A program made the translations under genes and the position numbers. Positions 19,275-27,768 of a DNA stretch of 64,000 bases are shown here, piece after piece. Source of the stretch: a virus (taxonomy: Duplodnaviria; Heunggongvirae; Uroviricota; Caudoviricetes); the IMG/VR virus record IMGVR_UViG_3300049048_000035, positions 31,856 through 95,855 of that record. One strand, given 5' to 3'. Each line of letters starts with the position of its first letter. Position 1 is the stretch's first letter. The notes below the pieces were generated by a model. The model saw nothing but the letters and a program-made list of their open reading frames with translations, had not been told where the DNA came from and made no database searches.

Positions 19275-19691
19275 ATGTGGGCTGCAATTATTCCAGTGCT
19301 GGGCACTCTGCTTGACAAGGTGCTGCCCGACGCCAACGCTGCCGCAGACGCTAAGCTGCGAGTGTTGGAGCTAGCTCAGAAGGGCGAACTGGCTGTGCTT
19401 GATGCTGACGTGAAGTTGGCTATGGGCCAGCTTGAGGTTAACAAGATCGAAGCAGCAGACCCCTCGCTATTCAAGAGTGGGTGGCGGCCCGCTGTGGGCT
19501 GGATTTGCGTCATTGGTTTGGCGTATGAATTCCTGCTGCGTAACCTGCTGCCTTGGCTATTCCAAGGCTTCGGGCTGGAAAGCTTCAAGGCTTTGCCTAG
19601 CTTGGATATTGAAGCAATGATGACGCTTCTGCTAGGTTTGCTAGGTCTTGGTGGACTACGCACGTATGAGCGTGTAAAGAACAAAGCGTAA
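19275..19691 (+). CDS. holin, GTA-type 3TM holin family
   Basis: N-terminal LGTLLDKVLPDANAAADAKLRVLELAQ...SGWRPAVGW followed by TM segments; matches my memory of the PF11351 consensus. Confidence 0.55.
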   Translation: MWAAIIPVLGTLLDKVLPDANAAADAKLRVLELAQKGELAVLDADVKLAMGQLEVNKIEAADPSLFKSGWRPAVGWICVIGLAYEFLLRNLLPWLFQGFGLESFKALPSLDIEAMMTLLLGLLGLGGLRTYERVKNKA

Positions 19692-19700
19692 AGAACAAAA

Positions 19701-19722
19701 GCCCGAGGCTTTCGCCCCGGGC
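19701..19722 (-). terminator. hairpin terminator serving the leftward (minus-strand) operon
   Basis: gcccgaggctttcgccccgggc. On the minus strand it is followed by a T-run (complement of aaagaacaaaa at 19690-19700). Confidence 0.5.
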
Positions 19723-19761
19723 CTTCATGGACATAAGACTTTATGCCGTGGTAGGTGTATG

Positions 19762-19796
19762 GCCCCCTGCGAAAGCAGGGGGCTTTTTTATTTGTT
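19762..19796 (+). terminator. rho-independent terminator of the late (plus-strand) operon
   Basis: gccccctgcgaaagcagggggc followed by ttttttatttgttg. Confidence 0.7.
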
Positions 19797-19952
19797 GTTG
19801 CCGTTGATTTGGCGACGAATGCGCTCAATCTCTCCGATCAAAGCTGCCAGCACTTCTCTAGCGGCGAAGCCGTTTGAAGTTCCTACTCCAACACGGACAA
19901 ATTCTCTAGCATGCTCCAAGAGTTGTTCGTTCACTTCTAGTCGTTCGGACAT
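19788..19952 (-). CDS. small hypothetical protein (54 aa), last gene of the leftward operon
   Basis: ATG preceded by gaggaagcc. Below the 60-aa cut-off of the ORF track. Confidence 0.3.
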   Translation of the reverse strand: MSERLEVNEQLLEHAREFVRVGVGTSNGFAAREVLAALIGEIERIRRQINGNNK

Positions 19953-20080
19953 GGCTTCCTCATCGCTTTCTCTGTTGCTTGATTACGCAATCGAATCAGC
20001 CCACACTTTGTACAGGCTGACCAATGGCAGACTTTACGCCCCCAGTTGTGGGCAGTGTCAGGCTTCTTCTCTTGGCTCAT
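19937..20080 (-). CDS. small Cys-rich (zinc-ribbon-like) protein (47 aa)
   Basis: CHWSAC..KC pattern. Its ATG overlaps the stop of the upstream gene (TGATG coupling). Confidence 0.3.
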   Translation of the reverse strand: MSQEKKPDTAHNWGRKVCHWSACTKCGLIRLRNQATEKAMRKPCPND

Positions 20081-20289
20081 CAATATGGCTGGTATGCGGG
20101 ACGGGGGAACAGGCCACGCTTATAGCTTCGACCCCACTTCCCGAACACATAGATCGCTGCCCCGAAGATGATGGCAATGACTAGAATGTAGGCCACAAGC
20201 CCCACACCCAAGGCAATGAAGAACGCTCCCCAGCCGTATACCAGGCCGATGCCTGCGCATACGATGAGCATGAATAGAAATAGGCTCAA
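20080..20289 (-). CDS. small membrane protein (69 aa, 2 TM)
   Basis: Hydrophobic throughout. Confidence 0.45.
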   Translation of the reverse strand: MSLFLFMLIVCAGIGLVYGWGAFFIALGVGLVAYILVIAIIFGAAIYVFGKWGRSYKRGLFPRPAYQPY

Positions 20290-20558
20290 TGGATTGCTCC
20301 TTTGTTTCCAGTTAGTTTAGTTAGACGATCAAGCTTGTACATAAGCTCATCGAAGTCCCCGGACGTATTGGCTACTTGTTTCACCAAGTCAATCATTTCA
20401 TTCCGGGCAGTCTGCCAGATAAAGAAGTTGAGAGACAAGGGGAAGTTGCTAGGGAACGGAAGCTCAGTTGCCATCAACTCAGCATCCGCCATAGCTCCCA
20501 ATGAGGCGACGAAGATTTGAACTTCCTCTTCGGTCCAGAGCCTCATGTCACTTCCCAA
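20286..20558 (-). CDS. hypothetical protein (90 aa)
   Basis: Operon context. Confidence 0.4.
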   Translation of the reverse strand: MGSDMRLWTEEEVQIFVASLGAMADAELMATELPFPSNFPLSLNFFIWQTARNEMIDLVKQVANTSGDFDELMYKLDRLTKLTGNKGAIH

Positions 20559-20844
20559 TCACTTTCCGCAGGGATTGGACAGCTTCATTGGTTTGCTGTT
20601 CGTCGTCCAGAGACTGCTTGTATGTGGTGGCAAAGAACTTCTTGATGATCTTCTTGGGGATGCCAGTGGCTTCTTCAGCCCCTTCAACTTCCTCCTTCAG
20701 TTCATTCTTAAAATTGTCAATCTCAGCCGAAGCCATTGCGTAGCGACGGTAGTATTCCGTCAGCACTTCCGGGTTGACGTTGTAAGTCACACCAGCAATT
20801 TCAACACGATGGGCTTGGGCAGTGACGTTGTTTTCGTCAGTCAT
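20548..20844 (-). CDS. hypothetical protein (98 aa)
   Basis: Operon context. Confidence 0.4.
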   Translation of the reverse strand: MTDENNVTAQAHRVEIAGVTYNVNPEVLTEYYRRYAMASAEIDNFKNELKEEVEGAEEATGIPKKIIKKFFATTYKQSLDDEQQTNEAVQSLRKVIGK

Positions 20845-20852
20845 ATTTCTCC

Positions 20853-21068
20853 TTACAGTAGGTTATCCAAGTCCTTCAGGTTGGCAATGTGCTTGCCCTC
20901 CTTGTAGACCACAGGCACTTGACGATGACCTTGAGCAATAAGCCACTTGGCTACTTCCGGGTCTTGGTCAATCCTGACTTCTTCAAATTCAATTCCAGCT
21001 TGTGTGAGTCGTCCTTTGAGAGTCACGCAGCCGGGGCAGTTTGCTTTGCTGTAAACTTTAATGCTCAC
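20853..21068 (-). CDS. nrdH: glutaredoxin/NrdH-like redoxin
   Basis: 71 aa with a CPGC active site and glutaredoxin-fold landmarks (VYSK..C..C, GIEFEE, VP.V). Sits just downstream of the ribonucleotide reductase. Confidence 0.65.
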   Translation of the reverse strand: MSIKVYSKANCPGCVTLKGRLTQAGIEFEEVRIDQDPEVAKWLIAQGHRQVPVVYKEGKHIANLKDLDNLL

Positions 21069-21400
21069 TTCAGCCCTTCCTTAATCTTATTCAGCTTCTT
21101 CTCTGCTGCAATGAGTTCGTTATAGCGTGTGGCTTCTAGCACGACTAGCTGGCAAGTGGCGGGCACTGGTTGCGTGTCGTCAAAGATTGCTTTAACTACG
21201 TCCTCTCGGGTAAGGAACACAGCCCTAGGTGCCTGTTCTTCGTCGCGGAACTGCCAATCAATACCTTGTGTGAAGTACCCTACACCACTCTCATTTCTCC
21301 ACGTATTACCTCCCGGATCGAACGATGCGACTTGTTCATAAAATCCCTTCTTCCAACCGGGTGCCTTAACCCAATCTCCAATCTTTAGCTTTCGACTCAT
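21065..21400 (-). CDS. hypothetical protein (111 aa)
   Basis: Operon context. Confidence 0.4.
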   Translation of the reverse strand: MSRKLKIGDWVKAPGWKKGFYEQVASFDPGGNTWRNESGVGYFTQGIDWQFRDEEQAPRAVFLTREDVVKAIFDDTQPVPATCQLVVLEATRYNELIAAEKKLNKIKEGLK

Positions 21401-21453
21401 CTTCTCTCCTGATTTTTCACTTTTGAAAATCGGAAGGGCCGAAGCCCCTCCGC

Positions 21454-23694
21454 TTAGAACGTGATATCACACTGCCCACCAGCGCAAGCTGCACCAGAGA
21501 GAGTACCAACGTCAACGAACTGCTTCTGCTTCAGGTGCCCACGAAGGTCGATATCAGGCTTAGCCTGCATGATCTTCACCCACTTATGCAGGTTGTATAC
21601 ATCCTTCAGCAAGTCTGCCGTCTTGTTCTCATCGCCAATTGGGACTTCAATTAGTTGCCACTTTTGGTCCGCTTCTGTAGGGAAGTAGTTGGCAGCGAAC
21701 TTCTTGAACTGTCGCACCCAATCTCGCTTAGCTGCATTTTCGTGCGTAGCCACAGACAGGTTCTCTCCGTAGCCCATTGCAGTTGAAGTAGCCTTCCACA
21801 AATCCCCGAAGCAATCCAGAGCCCGAGTCACAACACCAGAGGCAAGCATAGCAGCCGGCCCATACTTAGCAATGATTTCCTCAGCCGTCAAGACTTCCGT
21901 AAACGGAGCTTGCGGGAATGCCTTGTCACCAGACGCAGCCATGAGCGACACACCGCAGAACCACTGACGATTCTCGTACAGATACTTGGTCACTTCCTCC
22001 CAATTATCCACACTGATTGTGTTGCTGATGTTGTGGCGAAGCCTTGGATCAACACACAGGTCTACGTTCGTGCCTTCTTCAACCCACACTTGCTGGGCCT
22101 TCTTCACGTACTCTAGCTGACGCACACCAAGCAAGTCACCCTTGTAGATGGAGCCTTCCTTGCTGATGATGGGGAATGCTACCACAGAATCCGTTCCGTT
22201 GGTAGACCACACAGAAGACTCAACCATTGCTGGGAACATTTCACGGATGGCATGCAGCACTTCGGATTCGTTGTTCATTTGAACGTGACGAATGTAGCGC
22301 TTCGCATGTTCCCCGTGGATGCCGGAGGCAGTGCCAAGGATGACCGACGCATTGCCAGAAGGCTTAGCACAGGTTGTACGTGCAGCAGGACGAGTGCCAA
22401 TCAGGCCAGCAACATACTTGTTGACTTGCTTGACAATCTGTGCGCCCTTCCTTAGAACTTCCTCATCGAACAGCACATGCGGATTGTTCATCCAGCCCGT
22501 GATGCTAACACCAATCAGGGCTTCACGCTCAAAGATTTCTTTGCTTGCTTCCGTCAGGAACTCGAACTCCGTATAGCCAGCTTGCAGTGTGCCGATGGCA
22601 GCAGCAGCCCAGCAGGCTTCGTAGAACAGTTCAGGCGTGGTGCAGTAGCCCCCGTTAATCTCCGACAGGTTGCAGCCTTGCCAACCACTGATTCCGCTCT
22701 CTGTGACAGGCTTCTTGCCAATCTCCACACAAGGGTTGAACGTGAACTCAAGGCTGTCCGTGAAGATGAAGCCGGGTTCCCCGGAGTGTTCCACAGACTT
22801 CATAATCTCTTGGAACTCTTCAAACGTCACTTCATCCCGCAGCAGCATCACAGAGTTATTGCTGCGTCCACGCTGAGGATTGTCAATGAACCAAGAGCCA
22901 GTCTTGGCTTTAATCATTTCCTCATCGTCCTTAGAGAACAGGCAGATTGTCGCAGAGCGACGAACACCACCAGAGATAACAGCGTCTGCCATATACATGC
23001 AGGCGTCATAAACCTCAATCGGACGCAGACGCTTATCAGCCTTCGTCAACAGAAGCTCAACCTTCGTCAGAGCATGTTGCAGAGGTTCAGGGCCAGGAGC
23101 TTTGAAGCCTCCGCTAATCATTGCTCCCCGGGGACGAATCTGGCTCAGGTCAAACCAAACAGGGTGTCCCTCGAACTCAGGATGCTTGCCACCACCAACG
23201 AAGAAGCTGCTAAACAGAACGTCGAATGCCTCAGCCCATCCTTCAATCGTGTCAGGCACAACGAAACGCTTGACACTCTTCTTGCGCTGTCGAATCTCAG
23301 GCAGCTTGGCAATGTGATGCTTCTGCACGCTGAAGCCTGCACCACAACCGCACAGCATCAGCCACATATACTCCCCGAAGAACTCGGGGCGGTCAACGTA
23401 GCTCGACACGCAGTTGTACATTTTCGCGTGCTTGCGCAGAAGCTGGGGACCACCAAACTGCAAGGCACGTTGGGCACCAAGCATACCCTTACGTCGATAT
23501 ACACCAGCAATCTTGTGCAGAACGTTATCAAGCTCTGGCGTCATCTTGTCCGCATACTTCGTGCGGTGCATAGCCATTACACGGTCTACAGCCTCATCCC
23601 ACGATTCAAAGGTTCCAGTTTCTTCATTAAAGCGGGCATAGTCACTGTAGAACTTCGTATCCGCCATCAACTTGCTTGTACTAATCTCATTCAT
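21454..23694 (-). CDS. nrdJ: class II (adenosylcobalamin-dependent) ribonucleotide reductase
   Basis: 746 aa, single chain, no R2 partner nearby. Carries the C-terminal redox Cys pair (...ACAGGQCDITF) characteristic of monomeric class II RNR. Confidence 0.75.
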   Translation of the reverse strand: MNEISTSKLMADTKFYSDYARFNEETGTFESWDEAVDRVMAMHRTKYADKMTPELDNVLHKIAGVYRRKGMLGAQRALQFGGPQLLRKHAKMYNCVSSYVDRPEFFGEYMWLMLCGCGAGFSVQKHHIAKLPEIRQRKKSVKRFVVPDTIEGWAEAFDVLFSSFFVGGGKHPEFEGHPVWFDLSQIRPRGAMISGGFKAPGPEPLQHALTKVELLLTKADKRLRPIEVYDACMYMADAVISGGVRRSATICLFSKDDEEMIKAKTGSWFIDNPQRGRSNNSVMLLRDEVTFEEFQEIMKSVEHSGEPGFIFTDSLEFTFNPCVEIGKKPVTESGISGWQGCNLSEINGGYCTTPELFYEACWAAAAIGTLQAGYTEFEFLTEASKEIFEREALIGVSITGWMNNPHVLFDEEVLRKGAQIVKQVNKYVAGLIGTRPAARTTCAKPSGNASVILGTASGIHGEHAKRYIRHVQMNNESEVLHAIREMFPAMVESSVWSTNGTDSVVAFPIISKEGSIYKGDLLGVRQLEYVKKAQQVWVEEGTNVDLCVDPRLRHNISNTISVDNWEEVTKYLYENRQWFCGVSLMAASGDKAFPQAPFTEVLTAEEIIAKYGPAAMLASGVVTRALDCFGDLWKATSTAMGYGENLSVATHENAAKRDWVRQFKKFAANYFPTEADQKWQLIEVPIGDENKTADLLKDVYNLHKWVKIMQAKPDIDLRGHLKQKQFVDVGTLSGAACAGGQCDITF

Positions 23695-23878
23695 CTTGTT
23701 TGTCCTTATAGTCCTCTCCTTGAACTTCAGTAACTTTCAGAATCTTGCAGTTGGGAATCTCTGTGCAGCACAGGCGCACAGCTTCGTTGGAATCCTCTGC
23801 ATCACAAATATATACCCCTAGAGTCTTAGGGTATACGGAATAACAGATATTAAACCTTCTCACGTTCCTCCATGTCAT
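23687..23878 (-). CDS. hypothetical Cys-rich protein (63 aa)
   Basis: Operon context. Confidence 0.35.
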   Translation of the reverse strand: MTWRNVRRFNICYSVYPKTLGVYICDAEDSNEAVRLCCTEIPNCKILKVTEVQGEDYKDKQDE

Positions 23879-24173
23879 TAACCCAACCTTCTAGGCGTGT
23901 AAGCTTATTAACGGTGCGAGTTTTAATGAAATTCCAATCTAGAGCCATCTTAAGAATCAGAAGATCAATTGTCGCCAAAACATCTGCAACTTCCTCTTCA
24001 AGCCACTCTTTGTTAGGCTTCCCAGTAACAGGTTCAGATTCGTTAATACCTTGGATGATGCAACGGGCAAGGGCAGAACCATACTCGCCAGCTTCTTCCG
24101 CAGCTTTGCCTAGTACACGTAGGTTGGTTTTGTTCGTGTCAGGAGTCCACGGACTTAGCTTTTCTTGTGTCAT
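23850..24173 (-). CDS. mazG: MazG-like nucleotide pyrophosphohydrolase
   Basis: The LGKAAEEAGE motif (EExGE metal-binding helix) and about 107-aa size are typical of phage MazG. Confidence 0.6.
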   Translation of the reverse strand: MTQEKLSPWTPDTNKTNLRVLGKAAEEAGEYGSALARCIIQGINESEPVTGKPNKEWLEEEVADVLATIDLLILKMALDWNFIKTRTVNKLTRLEGWVNDMEEREKV

Positions 24174-24685
24174 GCCAACCTCGGCAGCTTACGGCTTCCA
24201 AACTCATCGTAGGGGTTGCCTCGAATGGCATCCCGAATGTTCTCAAGTTCACGAATTTCTTGGGTCTTGCTTTCGTAGTCAGCTTCCACCAGGCAATCAG
24301 GGAAGTCGTCTTCGTTAGCCTCCCCCTCGTAGTCGTGATCTTTGAATGTAATACTGTTGCCCATGAGCGCAGCCAACTCTTTAGCTAGCCCCGGGTCTTT
24401 GTTATAGGCAGCAATCATACGATCCGTAATCGTCGCAAGCGGCGACGTAATGAATTCGTGATTGACTGCAATCTCTCCAACGGCCCTGAATCCTACAGCA
24501 ACTTTGCCGCTTAGGTCACGATGGTTGGAGGCTTCGTAAATGATCGCGTGGTTGAGGCTGAAACCTAGCTCACCTAGCGCACGATTGACTGCTGGGTCCA
24601 TGTGAGGATGCAGCAGCATGATTTCATTCATTCCTGAGAACTCAGGGATTCGTAGCAGATCGCGGAAGGAAAAAACTCTAGACAT
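24170..24685 (-). CDS. hypothetical protein (171 aa)
   Basis: Operon context. Confidence 0.4.
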   Translation of the reverse strand: MSRVFSFRDLLRIPEFSGMNEIMLLHPHMDPAVNRALGELGFSLNHAIIYEASNHRDLSGKVAVGFRAVGEIAVNHEFITSPLATITDRMIAAYNKDPGLAKELAALMGNSITFKDHDYEGEANEDDFPDCLVEADYESKTQEIRELENIRDAIRGNPYDEFGSRKLPRLA

Positions 24686-24981
24686 TATGCTCCTTTACTT
24701 CTAATAGGATTTTCTAGTTTGAGACTTTGGAGCCAAGTCAACAGAATGGGAATCTTCTTGTATTCGTAAATTGTGCGGAAAAAGAAATCCTCTGAACCTG
24801 TCTTTGAATGGAGGGAGAAACCGTCAGGAAAGAACTCCCCTCTGATTTCCCCCTCTTGCTCCAAATCGAAGAATGGGGGGTAGTTGACCATCTTGCTGAA
24901 TGACACGCTCCCTTGTGGGAATAGGCAGTGCATTACGATAGGCAAGTTCCCCAATTGTACATCAACTTGGTAGAACATCAA
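24685..24981 (-). CDS. hypothetical protein (98 aa)
   Basis: Operon context. Confidence 0.35.
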   Translation of the reverse strand: MMFYQVDVQLGNLPIVMHCLFPQGSVSFSKMVNYPPFFDLEQEGEIRGEFFPDGFSLHSKTGSEDFFFRTIYEYKKIPILLTWLQSLKLENPIRSKGA

Positions 24982-24984
24982 TCC

Positions 24985-25206
24985 TCACGTTGAAATATCG
25001 TTTCTTTCTAGCCAGTCTTCAGCTTCGTATTCAGATTCAAACGGGCCGGCATACGCAATGATTGGAAGTCCTTCCTCCCATTCGTTCCCGTGCCAAAGGT
25101 TCAACCCACAAAAGCTACCCTCGTCACAATCCCAGCAATACGAGATAGCATAAATACCGGGAAGTTCTTCGCACGGGTACTTATCATATACCCACTTAAC
25201 TTCCAT
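24985..25206 (-). CDS. hypothetical Cys-rich protein (73 aa)
   Basis: Operon context. Confidence 0.35.
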   Translation of the reverse strand: MEVKWVYDKYPCEELPGIYAISYCWDCDEGSFCGLNLWHGNEWEEGLPIIAYAGPFESEYEAEDWLERNDIST

Positions 25207-25507
25207 TATCTACCACCTTCAGAACTCCCTTCTTAATCAAGAAAGCTTCCATTTGGGTTTCCCATTCGGCAAGGTCGGGCTTGATGCAATCTGGCTGCTT
25301 CGTCTTCTGGTCGATTTCCTCTGCTGCCTTCTTCAGCCGTTGGTACTCTTGCCACTGTTCCAATGTGACACTGATAATACCGACCTTGTTTGGATCAAAG
25401 TCAATCACAATAGGTTCATTGGGGATAGGCTTTGGCTGCATATGCGGCATCCACGGGTAGCCCCACTCTCGTTGATAATGGTCAGTCACTGCACTAACTA
25501 CACACAT
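25196..25507 (-). CDS. hypothetical protein (103 aa)
   Basis: Operon context. Confidence 0.35.
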   Translation of the reverse strand: MCVVSAVTDHYQREWGYPWMPHMQPKPIPNEPIVIDFDPNKVGIISVTLEQWQEYQRLKKAAEEIDQKTKQPDCIKPDLAEWETQMEAFLIKKGVLKVVDNGS

Positions 25508-26451
25508 ACTTTCTCCTTAGTCCCATACGTCCGCTTCAACCAATCCAAACTGATGAACAGCGGATCATACGCCCCATCCCTGACATTGTGCTTTAGCACA
25601 ATTCCGCGCCAGTGGTGGTTGCCTTGGACACCCTTGTAATGCTCATCATGCGGGTAGCATGCCCCAGCAATCAAGCCAATCTGTTGCTGCCCCGTAGGCA
25701 GGAAGCGCATGGCGATATCCAACGTCTGTCTGTGTCCCATCGTGAAGCTCTGTCCAACTGTCTTCAGCATCGTGGCAGCTTGCCCGCTCAGGGGTTTGCC
25801 TGTCATCACGTTCTCCCAATAGTGAACGTAGGCAATGCCATCAATCACAATCGGAGTTTTGAAGGGAATCACTTCCCATCCATACTTGCTGAAGCCTAGG
25901 CTATCGACCGAAAGGAAGCCATGAAGTTCCGGGTTTGCATCAACGTGCCGATCAATCCGGTTCTCGTGGTTGCCCAGCGTAATAACTTTGCGGGGATTGT
26001 AGACCGGCTCCCCCAGCAGACGTTGCTTCGTTTGCAGGATTACCAGAGGCTCGTTGAGTCGTTTCCAACCCTCCCGCGCGACCTCGATATCGAGTTGTAC
26101 CCGCTTACCTTCAGCCGTTCGCTTCCCTTTATCGTAGGTTGAAAGGCTTTCCATGTCAGCAAAGTCGCCAGCGTGGACAATAACGTCCGGGCGCTTCCGC
26201 ACGATGTACTTACCAATCCACTCAAGGTAGCTGAGGTCAACACCTGGTTTGACTTGCGAATCTGGAATGTAAAGGTGTGTTCGCCCTTCGGGTGCTTTCT
26301 GTTCTTCAGCGTCCAAGATTTGTTGGTACTGACGCAGAAAATCTGATACTGTCGATTTCGGAATGTCGAGATAGTCTGCAATTTCCCTCCAACTCATCAC
26401 CCCAGCTTTAGCTAGCTTCAGGGCATCATGTTGCCAATCAGAATTTTTCAT
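25498..26451 (-). CDS. HTH-domain / calcineurin-like metallophosphoesterase fusion
   Basis: An N-terminal HTH (SWREIADYLDIPKSTVSDFLRQ) is followed by metallophosphatase motifs: HAGDFADM (GD) and GNHE. Start chosen at the RBS-preceded ATG at 26451. Confidence 0.55.
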   Translation of the reverse strand: MKNSDWQHDALKLAKAGVMSWREIADYLDIPKSTVSDFLRQYQQILDAEEQKAPEGRTHLYIPDSQVKPGVDLSYLEWIGKYIVRKRPDVIVHAGDFADMESLSTYDKGKRTAEGKRVQLDIEVAREGWKRLNEPLVILQTKQRLLGEPVYNPRKVITLGNHENRIDRHVDANPELHGFLSVDSLGFSKYGWEVIPFKTPIVIDGIAYVHYWENVMTGKPLSGQAATMLKTVGQSFTMGHRQTLDIAMRFLPTGQQQIGLIAGACYPHDEHYKGVQGNHHWRGIVLKHNVRDGAYDPLFISLDWLKRTYGTKEKVCV

Positions 26452-26458
26452 CTTCCTC

Positions 26459-26680
26459 CTATTCAATTTTTTCCAGCACGAATCCGGGGAAGCAGTAATC
26501 AAATTCACCGCCAAGCATGCTGCTGCCTTTCAAAACAAACCCGTGAGAGCCAAGGTCTTCAATGACTTCGTACTGCTTCCCGATACACAAATCCATGAAG
26601 GTACACCAGTAATCGTCCCAACCATTCTCATTGGTCACAGCCTTGCGGGTAACCCGGACAACATCACCAACCTGAATCAC
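26459..26680 (-). CDS. hypothetical protein (73 aa)
   Basis: Operon context. Confidence 0.35.
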   Translation of the reverse strand: MIQVGDVVRVTRKAVTNENGWDDYWCTFMDLCIGKQYEVIEDLGSHGFVLKGSSMLGGEFDYCFPGFVLEKIE

Positions 26681-27225
26681 TTTTGCTCCTTGAAGATTGC
26701 TACCAAAGCCTGCCGACGTTTAGGTCCGTTGCTAAGCTCACTGGTATTGTATCCATGCTTCTTACAGAACGCAACAACTTCTTCAGTCCCTTTCTTCTCG
26801 AAAGCGATGGCCCGTTTCTCAGCCAAAGCATCCTCAAAGCTGAGCCCTGTCTTTTCAGCATGGCTCTTAACCTTGTGGCATGGCTTACAGGCCAATACCC
26901 AGTTGTCGTTGCAGTCCAGCAGTTTATACATGAATTCCTGTGCTGTCTGCCAAGAATTGCACGATCCAGCTTGAACTACGTGGTCAACCTCTAGATGGCT
27001 CTTTGCAAACAGTTCGTTGCAATAGTAGCACTTCCCAAGCTTCTTTGCACGTCCGGTATAACCCGGGGGAGGGTCGGAAACTTGCGTTTCCTTCCACTTC
27101 AGCTTAGCTGGGTAGTGCGACCAGATTTGACGAATCTGCCCTCGCAGGTATGCAAAGAAGGCAGATTGTGTGGGCCAGATATCCGGGAAGTGTTGCCAAG
27201 GCTCTTTAATTGACGCCGACGACAA
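26677..27225 (-). CDS. HNH endonuclease
   Basis: CYYCN...HLEVDHVVQ...N.WVLACKPCHKVKSH is an HNH motif. Confidence 0.7.
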   Translation of the reverse strand: MSSASIKEPWQHFPDIWPTQSAFFAYLRGQIRQIWSHYPAKLKWKETQVSDPPPGYTGRAKKLGKCYYCNELFAKSHLEVDHVVQAGSCNSWQTAQEFMYKLLDCNDNWVLACKPCHKVKSHAEKTGLSFEDALAEKRAIAFEKKGTEEVVAFCKKHGYNTSELSNGPKRRQALVAIFKEQK

Positions 27226-27571
27226 CCCAGTGCCCCGCTTTCAGGAAGTCTTGAACCTGCTCGTTCGTGTAGTAGCACTCGATAGTACCCCAATCAACCT
27301 TCCAACCAGACTCAAGCTTTTCAGCTTTGACGTGCTTGTCAGGTCGGCCAATGAAGTAGAAAGTTAGAGTCACAGCTTCTACTTTAGGTTCCGGCAAGAG
27401 GATATAACTTCCCGAGCGAACGTAGTCTTCAAATTCTTCAAAGCTATATTCTAACTCTTCACAGTCTGTACCCTTCCACCTAGGGTGGGTAATCAAAATT
27501 GAACCACCCCTGCGTTCGTAAGAGTATACGTCCCCTGTAGGAGCAAACTTAAATTCTCGCTTCTCCATCAA
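27206..27571 (-). CDS. hypothetical protein (121 aa)
   Basis: Operon context. Confidence 0.35.
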   Translation of the reverse strand: MMEKREFKFAPTGDVYSYERRGGSILITHPRWKGTDCEELEYSFEEFEDYVRSGSYILLPEPKVEAVTLTFYFIGRPDKHVKAEKLESGWKVDWGTIECYYTNEQVQDFLKAGHWVVVGVN

Positions 27572-27768
27572 GCCTCCAACACAGTCAGAACTTGAAACTC
27601 GCTGCTAACACGGGCTGCATCAAAATCAGCTTGTACCTTGCGCATCTTCCCGTTGTTGTACGGGTCCGGGTACAGAACTTCAAAGTCTCCGTTGTCCAGC
27701 TTTACAACAAGCCAGTCATCAAAGAGTTCCGTCTTACCAATAAACTTCTTAGGCAGCGTCATGCTCAA
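27568..27768 (-). CDS. hypothetical protein (66 aa)
   Basis: Operon context. Confidence 0.3.
   Translation of the reverse strand: MSMTLPKKFIGKTELFDDWLVVKLDNGDFEVLYPDPYNNGKMRKVQADFDAARVSSEFQVLTVLEA

Noticed and set aside
19376-20184. ORFs 19376..19828(-) and 19759..20184(+) spanning the terminator region
   Set aside because: They run across two rho-independent terminators and overlap the holin and the small minus-strand genes. No start signals.
22477-23733. 418-aa plus-strand ORF
   Set aside because: Fully antisense to the class II RNR gene. No motifs. It sits inside a 30-kb block where all credible genes are on the minus strand.
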